63,743 nucleotides of DNA, filler included, from Licmophora abbreviata (GCA_900291995.1; 18 parts of 18 records of this genome joined end to end with filler, not necessarily neighbours in it); one strand, 5' to 3'. Numbered from the whole stretch's first letter, positions 10,246 to 20,114 are shown. A program made the numbers and translations. The notes: generated by a model not told the origin, from the letters alone.

Positions 10246-11121
10246 ATGGCCATATCCCGCCTTCTGATCGCCAATCGCGGCGAAATCGCGGTCCGGATCA
10301 TCCGGGCCGCCCGCGAGCTTGGCATCCACACCATCCAGGCCCATTCCGAGGCTGACGCCGACATGCTGGCGGTCCGGCTGGCCGATGAAGCGGTGTGCAT
10401 CGGACCGGCGGCAGCCAAGAACTCCTATCTCGACGTGGCCCGCGTCGTCGAAGCGGCCCAGCAGACCGGCGCCGATGCCGTGCATCCCGGCTATGGGTTC
10501 CTCTCGGAAAGTCCCCGTTTCGCCCGTGCCCTGGAAGAGGCCGGGATCACCTATGTCGGCCCCTCCGCCGACACGATCGAACGGATGGGCGACAAGGTCG
10601 CCGCGCGACAGGCCGCCGAAGCCGCGGGAACGCCCGTCGTGCCCGGCTCGAAAGGTCGGATCGAAACGCTGGACGATGCCGTCGCCACCGCCGCCGAAGT
10701 GGGCTACCCGGTGATGATCAAGGCCGCCGCCGGCGGGGGCGGGCGCGGCATCCGCATCGCCGCCAACGAGGACGAGCTGCGCAAGCTCGCCCCTCAGGCC
10801 CAGTCCGAAGCACAGGCTGCCTTTGGCGACGGCGGGCTCTATCTGGAACGCGCGCTGCGCGATCCGCGCCATATCGAGGTGCAGATCCTAGGCGACGGCA
10901 CCCGCGCCGTGCATTGCTTCGAGCGCGAATGCTCGATCCAGCGCCGCCGTCAGAAAGTCTGGGAAGAGGCCGGCGCCGTCTGTCTGGACGAGCCCACCCG
11001 GCAGCAGCTTTGCGCCTCTGCGGTCGCCATGGCCGAGGCGGTGGGCTACAAGGGGGCAGGCACGCTGGAGTTTCTCTATGAAGAGGCCAGCAACCAGTTC
11101 TTCTTCATCGAGATGAACACC

Positions 11122-11159
<38 letters not shown>

Positions 11160-11628
11160 CGGCATCGACCTCGTTCAGGAAATGATCCGTATTGCCGGCG
11201 GCGAGCCGCTGCGCCTCACGCAGGACCAGATCGCCGTCACCGGCCATGCCATCGAAGTGCGTATCAACGCCGAAGACCCGCATCTGCAATTCATGCCCTT
11301 CCCCGGCACCGTGGGCGCCATGCGCCTGCCCGAGGGCGAGGGCATCCGCATGGATCACTTCCTTTACGAGGGCTATCAGATCCCGCCCTTTTACGACTCG
11401 CTCATCGGCAAGCTGATCGCGCATGGCTCGGACCGGGCCGAGGCGATCTCCCGCCTGCGCACCGCATTGCAAAGCTTGTCGATCGACGGTCTCAAGACGA
11501 CAATCCCCCTGCATCTGGCGCTGGCGGACGACCCGCAGGTTCAGGCGGGCACGGTCCATACCCAATGGCTGGAACCGTGGCTGGATGCCGGAAATCTGAC
11601 CCCCGCAGCAACAGGAGGTGCTTCGTGA
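10246..11628 (+). CDS. Biotin carboxylase (AccC-like)
   Basis: LIANRGEIAVR, HPGYGFLSE, KAAAGGGGRG, RECSIQRR, EMNTRIQVEHPVTE, YDSLIGKLI. Confidence 0.95.
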
Positions 11629-12500
11629 AGACACGTTACACATATGGTGGAGACGAGCATGTCTACGTGGAAATGGACGAGGAAATGTCGCTCGAGGCGT
11701 TCTTCAAATCCCTCTCCATGTCCAATGCCGTCCGAGAGGCCGACATCCCCGGCGTGACCGAAATCTGCCCGGCCAACGCATCCTTTCAGGTCCGCTACGA
11801 TCCCGACGTGACCCCGCCCGAACAGATGCTGTCCCGGATCAAGGATCTCGAACACATGGCCGACAAGGCCGAAAAGCGGATGACCACCCGGATCATCGAA
11901 GTCCCGGTCTATTATCAGGATCCCTGGACCCACGAGACCCTGATGCGCTTCCGCGAACGCCATCAGGATCCCTCGGGGAGCGATCTCGATTACGCCGCCC
12001 GGATCAACGGCTATGACAGCGTCGAGGCTTTCATCGAAGCGCATCATTCCCAGCCGTGGTTCGTGTCGATGGTGGGCTTCGTGTCGGGCCTGCCCTTCCT
12101 GTATCAGCTGGTCGAACGCGACCGTCAGATCCAGGTTCCCAAATATCTGCGCCCCCGCACCGACACGCCCAAGCAGACGGTCGGCTATGGCGGCAGCTTC
12201 TCGTGCATCTATTCGGTGCGCGGCGCAGGCGGCTACCAGATGTTCGGCATCACGCCGATGACCATCTATGACCCGCGACAGCATGTGTCCTATCTGAGCG
12301 ACTTCATGGTGTTTTTCAAACCCGGCGATATCGTCAAATGGACCCCCATCGACCGCGCCGAATACGACCGCATCCTCGCCGCGGTCGAAGCCAACACCTG
12401 GACGCCGCGCATCGCCGAGGTCGAGTTCGATCTCGACGAATTCAACAAGGACATGGTCGGCTACAACGCCAAGCTGATGGAGGCTCTCAATGACGCTTAA
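11625..12500 (+). CDS. pxpB: PxpB / allophanate hydrolase subunit 1 family (carboxyltransferase-like)
   Basis: GTG start after AGGAGG; EVPVYY, MVGFVSGLPFL, RPRTDTP, YSVRGAGGYQMFG.TP. Confidence 0.88.
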   Translation: MKTRYTYGGDEHVYVEMDEEMSLEAFFKSLSMSNAVREADIPGVTEICPANASFQVRYDPDVTPPEQMLSRIKDLEHMADKAEKRMTTRIIEVPVYYQDPWTHETLMRFRERHQDPSGSDLDYAARINGYDSVEAFIEAHHSQPWFVSMVGFVSGLPFLYQLVERDRQIQVPKYLRPRTDTPKQTVGYGGSFSCIYSVRGAGGYQMFGITPMTIYDPRQHVSYLSDFMVFFKPGDIVKWTPIDRAEYDRILAAVEANTWTPRIAEVEFDLDEFNKDMVGYNAKLMEALNDA

Positions 12501-13461
12501 GATTGTCAAATCAGGTCTCGCCACCACCATTCAGGATCTCGGTCGTCCCGGCTATTTCCATCTCGGCATCCCCGAAGGCGGTGCGATGGACCGGCTGGCG
12601 CTGCGCGCCGCGAACATGCTTGTCGGCAACCCCGAGGATGCGGCGGGACTCGAGGCCGTGTTCATGGGCCCCGAAATCGAATTCACCCGCGACGCCAGCA
12701 TCGCCATCACCGGCGCCGAACTCCCCGTGATGATCGACGGCGAATCGCGTGAAACCTGGACCTCCATCACCGTCAAGGCCGGTCAGGTGCTCAGCTTCGG
12801 GTTCCTGCAGGCTGGCGCGCGCGCCTATATCGCGGTCTCGGGCGGCATCGCCACCGAACCGGATCTCGACAGTCGCTCCACCTATCCGATCGGTGCGCTG
12901 GGCGGCGTCGGGGGCCGTGCCGTGCAACCCGGTGACGAGCTGCCCGTGGGCGACGCGCCGCTGGTGGCCGAAGGCCGCAGCGTGCCCCCCGCCTTGCGTC
13001 GCGGGCCGGGCAACCCTGCCGAATTGCGCGTCCTGACCGGCCTTTACTGGTACCGCCTGACCGAAGACGCCGGGCGCCGCTTCTTCGAGGATACTTGGAC
13101 CGTCGCCGCCGAGGCCGACCGCATGGGCTACCGCTTCAAGGGCGGGCGCCCGCTTGATTTCGTCGATCGCGAACCGCCCTTCGGTGCCGGTGCCGATCCG
13201 TCGAACATCGTCGACGGGTGCTATTCCTACGGCTCCATTCAGGTGCCCGGCGGCACCGAACCCATCGTGCTGCACCGCGACGCCGTGTCGGGCGGGGGCT
13301 ATTTCACCCTTGGAGCAGTGATCTCGGCGGATATGGACCTGATCGGGCAGTTGCAGCCCAACACGCAGGTCAAATTCGTCAATGTCGACATGGAAACGGC
13401 ACTGGCCGCGCGCGCCGAGCGCAAGGCCACCATCGCCAAGATCCGCGACGCGCTAGCTTAA
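12490..13461 (+). CDS. pxpC: PxpC / allophanate hydrolase subunit 2 family
   Basis: TTIQDLGRPG, GAMD...AN.LVGN, GARAYIAVSGG, DRMGYR, GSIQVP, GGY. Confidence 0.9.
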   Translation: MTLKIVKSGLATTIQDLGRPGYFHLGIPEGGAMDRLALRAANMLVGNPEDAAGLEAVFMGPEIEFTRDASIAITGAELPVMIDGESRETWTSITVKAGQVLSFGFLQAGARAYIAVSGGIATEPDLDSRSTYPIGALGGVGGRAVQPGDELPVGDAPLVAEGRSVPPALRRGPGNPAELRVLTGLYWYRLTEDAGRRFFEDTWTVAAEADRMGYRFKGGRPLDFVDREPPFGAGADPSNIVDGCYSYGSIQVPGGTEPIVLHRDAVSGGGYFTLGAVISADMDLIGQLQPNTQVKFVNVDMETALAARAERKATIAKIRDALA

Positions 13462-13575
13462 AGCGTTCCGCCTTTGACCTGAGGCATCAGCCAAAGGCGG
13501 AACGCGTGCAACGATTGAACCGGGCAGAGCATTTCGCGAAAATCCGTGGTCTAGGTTTTTCGCGAAACGCTTTAA
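13458..13575. repeat. ~118-bp double-hairpin intergenic repeat, copy 2 (RIME/MITE-like)
   Basis: Terminal inverted repeats TTAAAGCGTT/AACGCTTTAA; perfect 14-bp stem GCGTTCCGCCTTTG/CAAAGGCGGAACGC; overlaps the pxpC stop codon. Confidence 0.88.
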
Positions 13576-13724
13576 CGGCCTGCGGACGGGCAGGGCGCGC
13601 CTCGCTGCGCCCGCCCGCATCACCGCTCAGGACACCCAAGCCTTCCCATCTTGATCGGCTGAAAATCCTCGAACGCTTGACGGGCAAAGCGTGCGCTCTG
13701 TTAACGCCGGTGGATACCGCGCGG

Positions 13725-13776
13725 TGCACCGACGCGATACCGACGTTATACCGACGTGATGCCGAACGGGATTTTC
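13725..13776 (+). repeat. Tandem 11-mer (ATACCGACGTN) element, copy A
   Basis: TGCACCGACGCG ATACCGACGTT ATACCGACGTG ATGCC...GGATTTTC; inverted copy at 57062-57113. Confidence 0.8.
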
Positions 13777-13808
13777 CAGTAAAACCGTGGTGTTAACCCT
13801 GATTCGCC

Positions 13809-14669
13809 TTACACGGCCGTTTTCAGGCTTTCATCAAGGTAAATTTCCCGCAGCCGCTTTGCGACCGGCCCCGGCGTCCCGTCCCCAAGCGTTTGCCCGT
13901 CGATCTCGACCACCGGCATCACAAAGGCGCTGGCCGACGTGATGAAACCCTCGTCCGCCGCCTTGGCCTCGTCGATGGTGAAGGGCCGTTCCTCGACTTC
14001 CATCTGGGCCTCACGGGCAAAGCGCAGAACAGCGGCGCGGGTGATCCCGTGCAGGATGTCGTTCGACAGCTGGCGGGTGATGATCTTGTTGCCCTTGACG
14101 ATATAGGCATTGTTCGACGTGCCCTCGGTCACGTGGCCATCCTCGATCATCCATGCATCGTCACAGCCGGCCTTCTTGGCCATCATCTTGCCCATCGACG
14201 GATACAGAAGCTGCACCGTCTTGATATCGCGCCGACCCCAGCGAAGGTCGTCTATACTAATGATTTTCATACCTTTTTCGGCCTGCGGGCTTTGTGCCAG
14301 ACCCGGCTTGGACTGGGTGAACAGCACTAGCGTCGGCTCGGTCGTCTCAGGGTCAGGAAAGACGAAGTCGCGGTCGCCATCGCTGCCGCGCGTCACCTGC
14401 AGATAGACCAGACCGTCTTCGATCTCGTTGACCCGCACCAACTCGCGGTGGATCTCCAGCAGGTCGTCGAACGCGACGGGTTTCTTCATGTTCAACTCGT
14501 TCAGCGACCGCTCCAGCCGCGTCAGATGTCCCGCGAAATCGATCAGCTTGCCGCCCAGAACACTGGTCACCTCATAAACCCCGTCAGCCATCAGAAAGGC
14601 CCGGTCGAAGATCGAGATCTTCGCTTCGGTCTCGGGCAGGTAGTCGCCATTCACGTATACGGTGCGCAT
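13809..14669 (-). CDS. dat: D-amino-acid transaminase (class IV PLP)
   Basis: FDRAFLMADGVYEV, RWGRRDIKTVQLL, TEGTSNNAY, ILHGITR. Confidence 0.93.
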   Translation of the reverse strand: MRTVYVNGDYLPETEAKISIFDRAFLMADGVYEVTSVLGGKLIDFAGHLTRLERSLNELNMKKPVAFDDLLEIHRELVRVNEIEDGLVYLQVTRGSDGDRDFVFPDPETTEPTLVLFTQSKPGLAQSPQAEKGMKIISIDDLRWGRRDIKTVQLLYPSMGKMMAKKAGCDDAWMIEDGHVTEGTSNNAYIVKGNKIITRQLSNDILHGITRAAVLRFAREAQMEVEERPFTIDEAKAADEGFITSASAFVMPVVEIDGQTLGDGTPGPVAKRLREIYLDESLKTAV

Positions 14670-14673
14670 GTCT

Positions 14674-15639
14674 TTATCCCCACAATGCGGCCTCGGGCGG
14701 ATGCACCCCGGCCTCGTCGAATGTCAAAGCGTTGTCGCGGTCTTCGGCCAACAAAAGCGGCCCGTCAAGGTCTGTCACCAGCGCCCCCTGCGCCACCAGC
14801 ACCGCCGGGGCCATCGCCAGCGAACTGCCGATCATGCAACCGACCATCACCTTGTACCCCTGCGCCAAGGCCGCCTCGCGCAGAGCCAGCGCCTCGGTCA
14901 GACCGCCGGTCTTGTCCAGCTTGATGTTCACCACGTCGTATTTGCCCGCCAATCCCGGCAAGCTGTTGCGATCATGGCAGGATTCGTCGGCACAGACGGG
15001 CAAGGGGCGGTCGATCCCGCGCAGCGCCTCGTCCTGTCCTGCGGGCAGAGGCTGTTCCACAAGGCTCACGCCAAGCCGAACCAGATGCGGCGCCAGATCG
15101 GCATAGACCTCGGCGCTCCAGCCTTCATTGGCATCCACGATGATCCGCGCCTTTGGTGCGCCCGCGCGCACCGCCTCGACCCGGGGCATGTCGTCGGGCG
15201 TGCCCAGCTTGATCTTGAGAAGCGGGCGGTGCGCATGTTTCGCAGCCTCGGCCTGCATCTTTTCCGGCGTGTCGAGTGACAGGGTATAGGCCGTGATCTC
15301 GGGGCGCGGCGCGCTCAAACCCGCCAGCTCCCAGACCCGCTTGCCGCTGCGTTTCGCCTCAAGATCCCACAGCGCGCAATCCACCGCATTGCGCGCGGCG
15401 CCCGCGGGCAGAAGCGCCTGTAACTCGGCACGATCAAACCGCGCGGGCAGGCCTTCGATTTGCGCCGTGACGCTGTCCAGCGTCTCGTCATAGCGGGCAT
15501 AGGGCACACATTCACCCCAGCCGGTGATGCCGCCGTCGGTGATCCGGACAGTCAGCACTTTCGCCTCGCTGCGCGAGCCTCGGCTTATGGTGAAGACTTG
15601 CGCCAGACGGAACGTGTCGCGGGTGACCGAAATCTCCAC
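14674..15639 (-). CDS. dgcA: N-acetyl-D-Glu racemase / dipeptide epimerase (enolase superfamily)
   Basis: FTISRGS, GECVPY, KIKLG, VDANEGW, EQP, ADES, NIKLDKTGG, DLDG; GTG start after AGGAG. Confidence 0.88.
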   Translation of the reverse strand: MEISVTRDTFRLAQVFTISRGSRSEAKVLTVRITDGGITGWGECVPYARYDETLDSVTAQIEGLPARFDRAELQALLPAGAARNAVDCALWDLEAKRSGKRVWELAGLSAPRPEITAYTLSLDTPEKMQAEAAKHAHRPLLKIKLGTPDDMPRVEAVRAGAPKARIIVDANEGWSAEVYADLAPHLVRLGVSLVEQPLPAGQDEALRGIDRPLPVCADESCHDRNSLPGLAGKYDVVNIKLDKTGGLTEALALREAALAQGYKVMVGCMIGSSLAMAPAVLVAQGALVTDLDGPLLLAEDRDNALTFDEAGVHPPEAALWG

Positions 15640-15711
15640 GGCCCTCTCCTTTTCTGCTGGCAATTGATGTGTCGCAGGGGCCATCACCGGCCCCCGCTCG
15701 ACGTGATCAGA

Positions 15712-15966
15712 TCACAGCGCGGCCAGCGCGTCCACCAGCTTGCCCGAGCCGAAACGATAAGGGTCGGTCGCCGGAAGACCCATCCGTGCCTCGACCTCGG
15801 CCAGATAGGCCTTGGCCTCGTCCTCGGGCATGTGCTGGGTGTTGATCGACACGCCCACAACTTGACAGGCGGGATTGGCGATCCGCGCCAGCGGCAGCGC
15901 CGTGTCGCGCAGATCCTCCAGTGAGGGCGGGGTATAGTCGGGAAGGCCGCGCATATGGCTGCGGGT
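15712..15966 (-). CDS. dgcN: DUF1611 / DgcN D-Glu N-acetyltransferase, C-terminal fragment (truncated by gap)
   Basis: HMRGLP...VVGVSINT...GLPATDPYRFG C-terminus; directly upstream of dgcA. Confidence 0.8.
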   Translation of the reverse strand, partial: TRSHMRGLPDYTPPSLEDLRDTALPLARIANPACQVVGVSINTQHMPEDEAKAYLAEVEARMGLPATDPYRFGSGKLVDALAAL

Positions 15967-16066
15967 NNNNNNNNNNNNNNNNNNNNNNNNNNNNNNNNNN
16001 NNNNNNNNNNTTAATTAATTAANNNNNNNNNNNNNNNNNNNNNNNNNNNNNNNNNNNNNNNNNNNN
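15967..16066. other. Artificial scaffold linker (first of 17)
   Basis: 44 N + TTAATTAATTAA + 44 N. Others start at 22789, 24514, 28138, 29790, 32140, 33885, 36024, 37354, 39464, 42222, 44245, 47924, 50821, 53612, 59590 and 61399. Confidence 0.99.
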
Positions 16067-16776
16067 GTGCCCACAGCGCGCACGGCGCGGGGTGATCCGA
16101 TGGCGCGCGCGATGTCGGAATAGGTTGTCACATGTCCCGTGGGCACCTGCGAAAGCGCCTCCCAGACCTTGATCTGAAAGGGCGCTCCGATCATGTGCAG
16201 ACGCGCCTCGCCCTTGGCGGCGAAAGCCGCCTCGACCCAAGGGGAAATGGCGTTCGGGTCCTCCAGAAACCGCGCCTCGGGCCAGCGCTGCGCCATGTCA
16301 TCCCATGCCGCCTCGTGCCCGCATTCCTCGGCAAAGGCGAGACCGCACAGCCCCTTGTCGGTGGCCATGGCCAACGCCTCGCCAAAGGGGCTGGCGAACC
16401 ATCCGTAACGGATCGTCAACCCCTCGCCGCGCCGCGCGACATCACCGGGGCTCATGGCCTCCCATCTCAGGAACAGATCGTGCAGCCGCCCGGTGCCGGA
16501 CAGCCCCATTTCCTCGGCGGTGTCCAGCACAGTATGACGGTCGCAGAGCAGCCTCCGGGCATGATCCAGCGTCAGATATTGCTGATACCGCTTGGGCGAC
16601 ACGCCCACCCAAGCGGAAAAAAGGCGTTGAAAATGACTGGGGCTCAACTGCATCCGGTTCGCAAGTTCATCCAGCGATAACGGCGCCTCAGCCGCATCTA
16701 TCACGTCCAGCGCGCGTCGCATGACAGAGTAATGATAGCTGTGCTGCGGGGAAACGGTCATCGTTCGGGTCCTCAT
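16067..16776 (-). CDS. AraC-HTH / methylated-DNA--protein-cysteine methyltransferase (Ada-like), 3' truncated
   Basis: LSPSHFQRLFSAWVGVSPK HTH, then SPFG, FQIKVWEAL..VP.G.VTTYSDIA..IGSPRAVRAVG. Confidence 0.92.
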
Positions 16777-16851
16777 GCTCTCATGTGAACCTTACGGGCG
16801 CACGGCCAGCGGCGCGACCCGAATGTTGCGCAATGGATCGGCTGACAGGCC

Positions 16852-16889
16852 CTGTCATGAAAAAATGACAGCTCGTTGACGACCGTCAA
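16852..16889. promoter_or_regulatory. Two adjacent palindromes: CTGTCAT-N6-ATGACAG and TTGAC-N4-GTCAA (FNR/CRP-family-like)
   Basis: Both perfect inverted repeats (16852-16871 and 16876-16889) in the divergent ada / surface-protein spacer. Confidence 0.5.
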
Positions 16890-17050
16890 TTTCAAATTCT
16901 GAAAGAAGAATACGACTCATCCTGCCACGGGTCTGATTTTCTGATTCGACGTCAGGTCCTGCATTTTGGGCAAGGCATTCCAGCGCATCGCCTGCGCAAA
17001 AATCATTTACGCCGATCCCTTATTTCGAAGTGAGTAATAGGAGAAAAAAT

Positions 17051-18259
17051 ATGAGACAAAAAACCATTCACCTTGCTATCCCTGTGGCGATTGCCACGGG
17101 ATTCCTGCCCGCCATCGCGGGCGCCGCAACAATCGACAGCTGGAACCTGTCGAATGTCGAACCGGGGCCGACGGTGACCGGGACCGCCACCGGCGAAAGC
17201 GTGGTCTATGACCGTGTCTTGCCGGATTCATCGGCCACCACCAATGGTCAGATCGTCTATGCCGCGCCCGAGGCCGACACACCGGGCATGAGGGTGTCGA
17301 ACGTGCCGTTTACCCAGTCGCAAGAAAACTATACCGGCTGTATCTTGGCGACCAGCGGAACCGCCTGCGACGGTGATTTTCAAAGCGGCAAGCGCTTCAA
17401 GGTGCAAGCCACCGATACCGGCGCCGTCGATCTTGTGTTCGATGTGACCGAAACTGAGACCGCCTCGGTCTACCGGGTGTTCCAGCGCCTGATCAACGTC
17501 ACCGGCGAGGCGCTTGGTGGCTTCAAAATCGAACTTGGCACTGACATTGGTGGTGACTTCAAGGCGTCTACGGATAACGATGGCCTGTCCTTCTCGTCCA
17601 CGGTATCGATGGGGCCGGATTTTGCATCGTCCTTCTCTCAGTTTCCCTTTGGTCTGTTCGGCAGCTTGGACAAGCCCAACCCCAACCCCCTGCAACTGCC
17701 AGGGTTTTTCGACACCACCAGCCGCGCGGGCTTCAATGTGGTCCAAAGCCTCGACAGCATCGTCAGCACAGGGTTCTATGGCAGCTATGGCACGCTTTTC
17801 GGCAATTGGCTGTCGCAAGAAGATGTGCCTCTCGGGCTTCTGTGGGATTACGCCTCTGGCGCCGCCGATCCGCTTGTGATGGCCTGGGACAACGGCTCCC
17901 AATGGGAGGTGCGCCGCGGCATTAACAACAGCCTTGACGGCGACGATACAAAAATCACCGCAGAAGATGTCTTCGCGCTCGCGCAAGACCAATGGGGATA
18001 TTACGACTATGGCGATATCTCGGGGGTTGAGGCCTTCCTCAAAGGGATTCCCCTGTTCGATGATGCGATCGAAGACCTTGCCAATCTCAACCTGAATTTC
18101 GCGATCAATCTTGGCTCGAATTTCAGTGGCAGCACCTTCACGCTGCGCACCACCTCGATCGCGCCGATCCCCTTGCCGGCGGGCCTCCCCCTCCTGCTGA
18201 CGGGGTTTGCAGCCCTGGCCGGGCTTCGCTATCGCCGCAAGCAGACCATGGTGGCATGA
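17051..18259 (+). CDS. Secreted surface protein with VPLPA-CTERM-type sorting signal (choice-of-anchor F-like)
   Basis: Signal peptide (...PAIAGA); C-terminal IPLPAGLPLLLTGFAALAGLRYRRK; CILA...CD..FQSGKRFK and IEDLANLNLNF motifs recalled for choice-of-anchor F. Confidence 0.8.
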   Translation: MRQKTIHLAIPVAIATGFLPAIAGAATIDSWNLSNVEPGPTVTGTATGESVVYDRVLPDSSATTNGQIVYAAPEADTPGMRVSNVPFTQSQENYTGCILATSGTACDGDFQSGKRFKVQATDTGAVDLVFDVTETETASVYRVFQRLINVTGEALGGFKIELGTDIGGDFKASTDNDGLSFSSTVSMGPDFASSFSQFPFGLFGSLDKPNPNPLQLPGFFDTTSRAGFNVVQSLDSIVSTGFYGSYGTLFGNWLSQEDVPLGLLWDYASGAADPLVMAWDNGSQWEVRRGINNSLDGDDTKITAEDVFALAQDQWGYYDYGDISGVEAFLKGIPLFDDAIEDLANLNLNFAINLGSNFSGSTFTLRTTSIAPIPLPAGLPLLLTGFAALAGLRYRRKQTMVA

Positions 18260-18392
18260 CGCCGCGACCGGGCTCTGGTCCGGCAGGCACCGAGACGGGC
18301 TTCTCCCCCTCCGTCTCATCGAAGGGTCCGCGCTTGCCTGCGTGGACCCTTTTCATCTTGCGGCCCTATCGGCCATCGTGCCATTCAAGGCC

Positions 18393-19037
18393 ATGGCCAG
18401 ACAGCTCGATTACCATACCATCCGCGAGATATTCACCCGCTTTCAGGCGGCCGACCCTGAACCCAAGGGCGAGCTGGAGCATGTCAACGCCTATACGCTG
18501 GTCGTGGCGGTCGCCCTTTCGGCGCAGGCCACCGATGTCGGCGTGAACCGCGCCACCCGCGAATTGTTCAAGATCGCCGACACGCCGCAAAAGATGCTGG
18601 ATCTGGGCGAGGCCGGTCTGATCGAGCATATCAAGACCATCGGGCTTTATCGCAACAAGGCCAAGAACGTCATCAAGCTGTCAAAGATCCTCGTCGAGGA
18701 ATATGGCGGCGAGGTGCCCAATTCCCGTGCCGCCCTTCAGGCGCTTCCGGGGGTTGGCCGCAAGACCGCCAATGTGGTTCTGAACATGTGGTGGCACTAT
18801 CCGGCGCAGGCAGTGGACACCCATATCTTCCGCGTCGGAAACCGCTCGGGCATCTGCCCCGGCAAGGACGTGGTCGCCGTCGAGCGTGCCATCGAAGACA
18901 ATATTCCCGTCGACTTCCAGCAACATGCGCATCACTGGCTGATCCTGCATGGCCGCTATCATTGCAAGGCCCGCAAGCCGATGTGCCCCACCTGCATCAT
19001 CCGTGATCTCTGCCAATTCGAGGACAAGACCCAATGA
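18393..19037 (+). CDS. nth: Endonuclease III
   Basis: LSAQATD, HhH LPGVGRKTANV, AVDTHIFR, C-x6-C-x2-C-x5-C 4Fe-4S motif. Confidence 0.97.
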   Translation: MARQLDYHTIREIFTRFQAADPEPKGELEHVNAYTLVVAVALSAQATDVGVNRATRELFKIADTPQKMLDLGEAGLIEHIKTIGLYRNKAKNVIKLSKILVEEYGGEVPNSRAALQALPGVGRKTANVVLNMWWHYPAQAVDTHIFRVGNRSGICPGKDVVAVERAIEDNIPVDFQQHAHHWLILHGRYHCKARKPMCPTCIIRDLCQFEDKTQ

Positions 19038-20020
19038 CCAAGTATCAGGCCGTCGGTATCGGCAACGCCGTCGTCGACGTCATCAGCCAGTGTGACGATC
19101 ATTTTCTGACCCGCATGGGCATCGACAAGGGCGTCATGCAGCTTGTCGAGCAGGAACGCGGAGAGTTTCTGTTCGATGCCATGGAAAGCCGGCGCCAGAT
19201 GCCCGGCGGCTCGGTGGCCAACACCATTGCAGGGCTCGGCGCCATGGGCCTCAAGACCGGCTTCATTGGCCGGGTTCAGGACGACGAACTGGGTCGGTTC
19301 TATGCCGCCGCCATGGCCGAGGACGGCACTGATTTCGTCAATGCACCGGTCCCCGGCGGCGAGTTTCCCACGTCGCGCTCGATGATCTTCGTCTCGCCTG
19401 ATGGCGAGCGGTCGATGAACACCTATCTGGGCATCTCCGCCGAACTTGGTCCCGATGATGTGGACGATGCCGTGGCCGGTAAGGCCGAACTGCTGTTTCT
19501 CGAAGGCTATCTCTTCGACAAGCCCAAGGGCAAAGAGGCCTTTCACGCCGCCGCGCGCGCCTGTCGTGCGGGCGGTGGCATGGCGGGCATCTCGTTGTCG
19601 GATCCGTTCTGCGTCGATCGACACCGTGCCGATTTCCGCACATTGGTCAAAGGGCTGGATATCGTGCTGGGCAACGAACACGAATGGCGCTCGCTCTATG
19701 AGACGGAAGATCTGGGCGCGGCGCTGGAACAGGCGGCGCAAGACAGCGATCTGATCGTCTGCACACGCTCGGGCCATGATGTGGTGATCGTGAAGGGCGC
19801 GGATACGGTAACTGTGCCGGTCAATCGCGTGACGCCTCTGGATACGACCGGTGCGGGCGATCAATTCGCGGCAGGCTTCCTCTACGGTGTTGTCACGGGC
19901 AAGCCGCTGGACGTGGCGGGCCGCATGGGCTGCATCGCCGCCGCCGAGGTGATTGGCCATTACGGCGCGCGCGCGGAGGCGGATGTGCTCGAGATGTTCC
20001 GCGCCGAAGGCCTGGTCTGA
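19034..20020 (+). CDS. Adenosine kinase / PfkB carbohydrate kinase
   Basis: GIGNAVVDV, GGSVANT, DGERSMNTYLG, DTTGAGDQFAAGFLYG. Confidence 0.92.
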   Translation: MTKYQAVGIGNAVVDVISQCDDHFLTRMGIDKGVMQLVEQERGEFLFDAMESRRQMPGGSVANTIAGLGAMGLKTGFIGRVQDDELGRFYAAAMAEDGTDFVNAPVPGGEFPTSRSMIFVSPDGERSMNTYLGISAELGPDDVDDAVAGKAELLFLEGYLFDKPKGKEAFHAAARACRAGGGMAGISLSDPFCVDRHRADFRTLVKGLDIVLGNEHEWRSLYETEDLGAALEQAAQDSDLIVCTRSGHDVVIVKGADTVTVPVNRVTPLDTTGAGDQFAAGFLYGVVTGKPLDVAGRMGCIAAAEVIGHYGARAEADVLEMFRAEGLV

Positions 20021-20114
20021 TCGCTGGCCCGGCCTGATGGCCGGGCGCGCAGACCCTTCTGGCTGACGCCCGAGCAGCTTGGGCTTGCGCCTGTGCGGGT
20101 GGCGAGGGTGCGAT

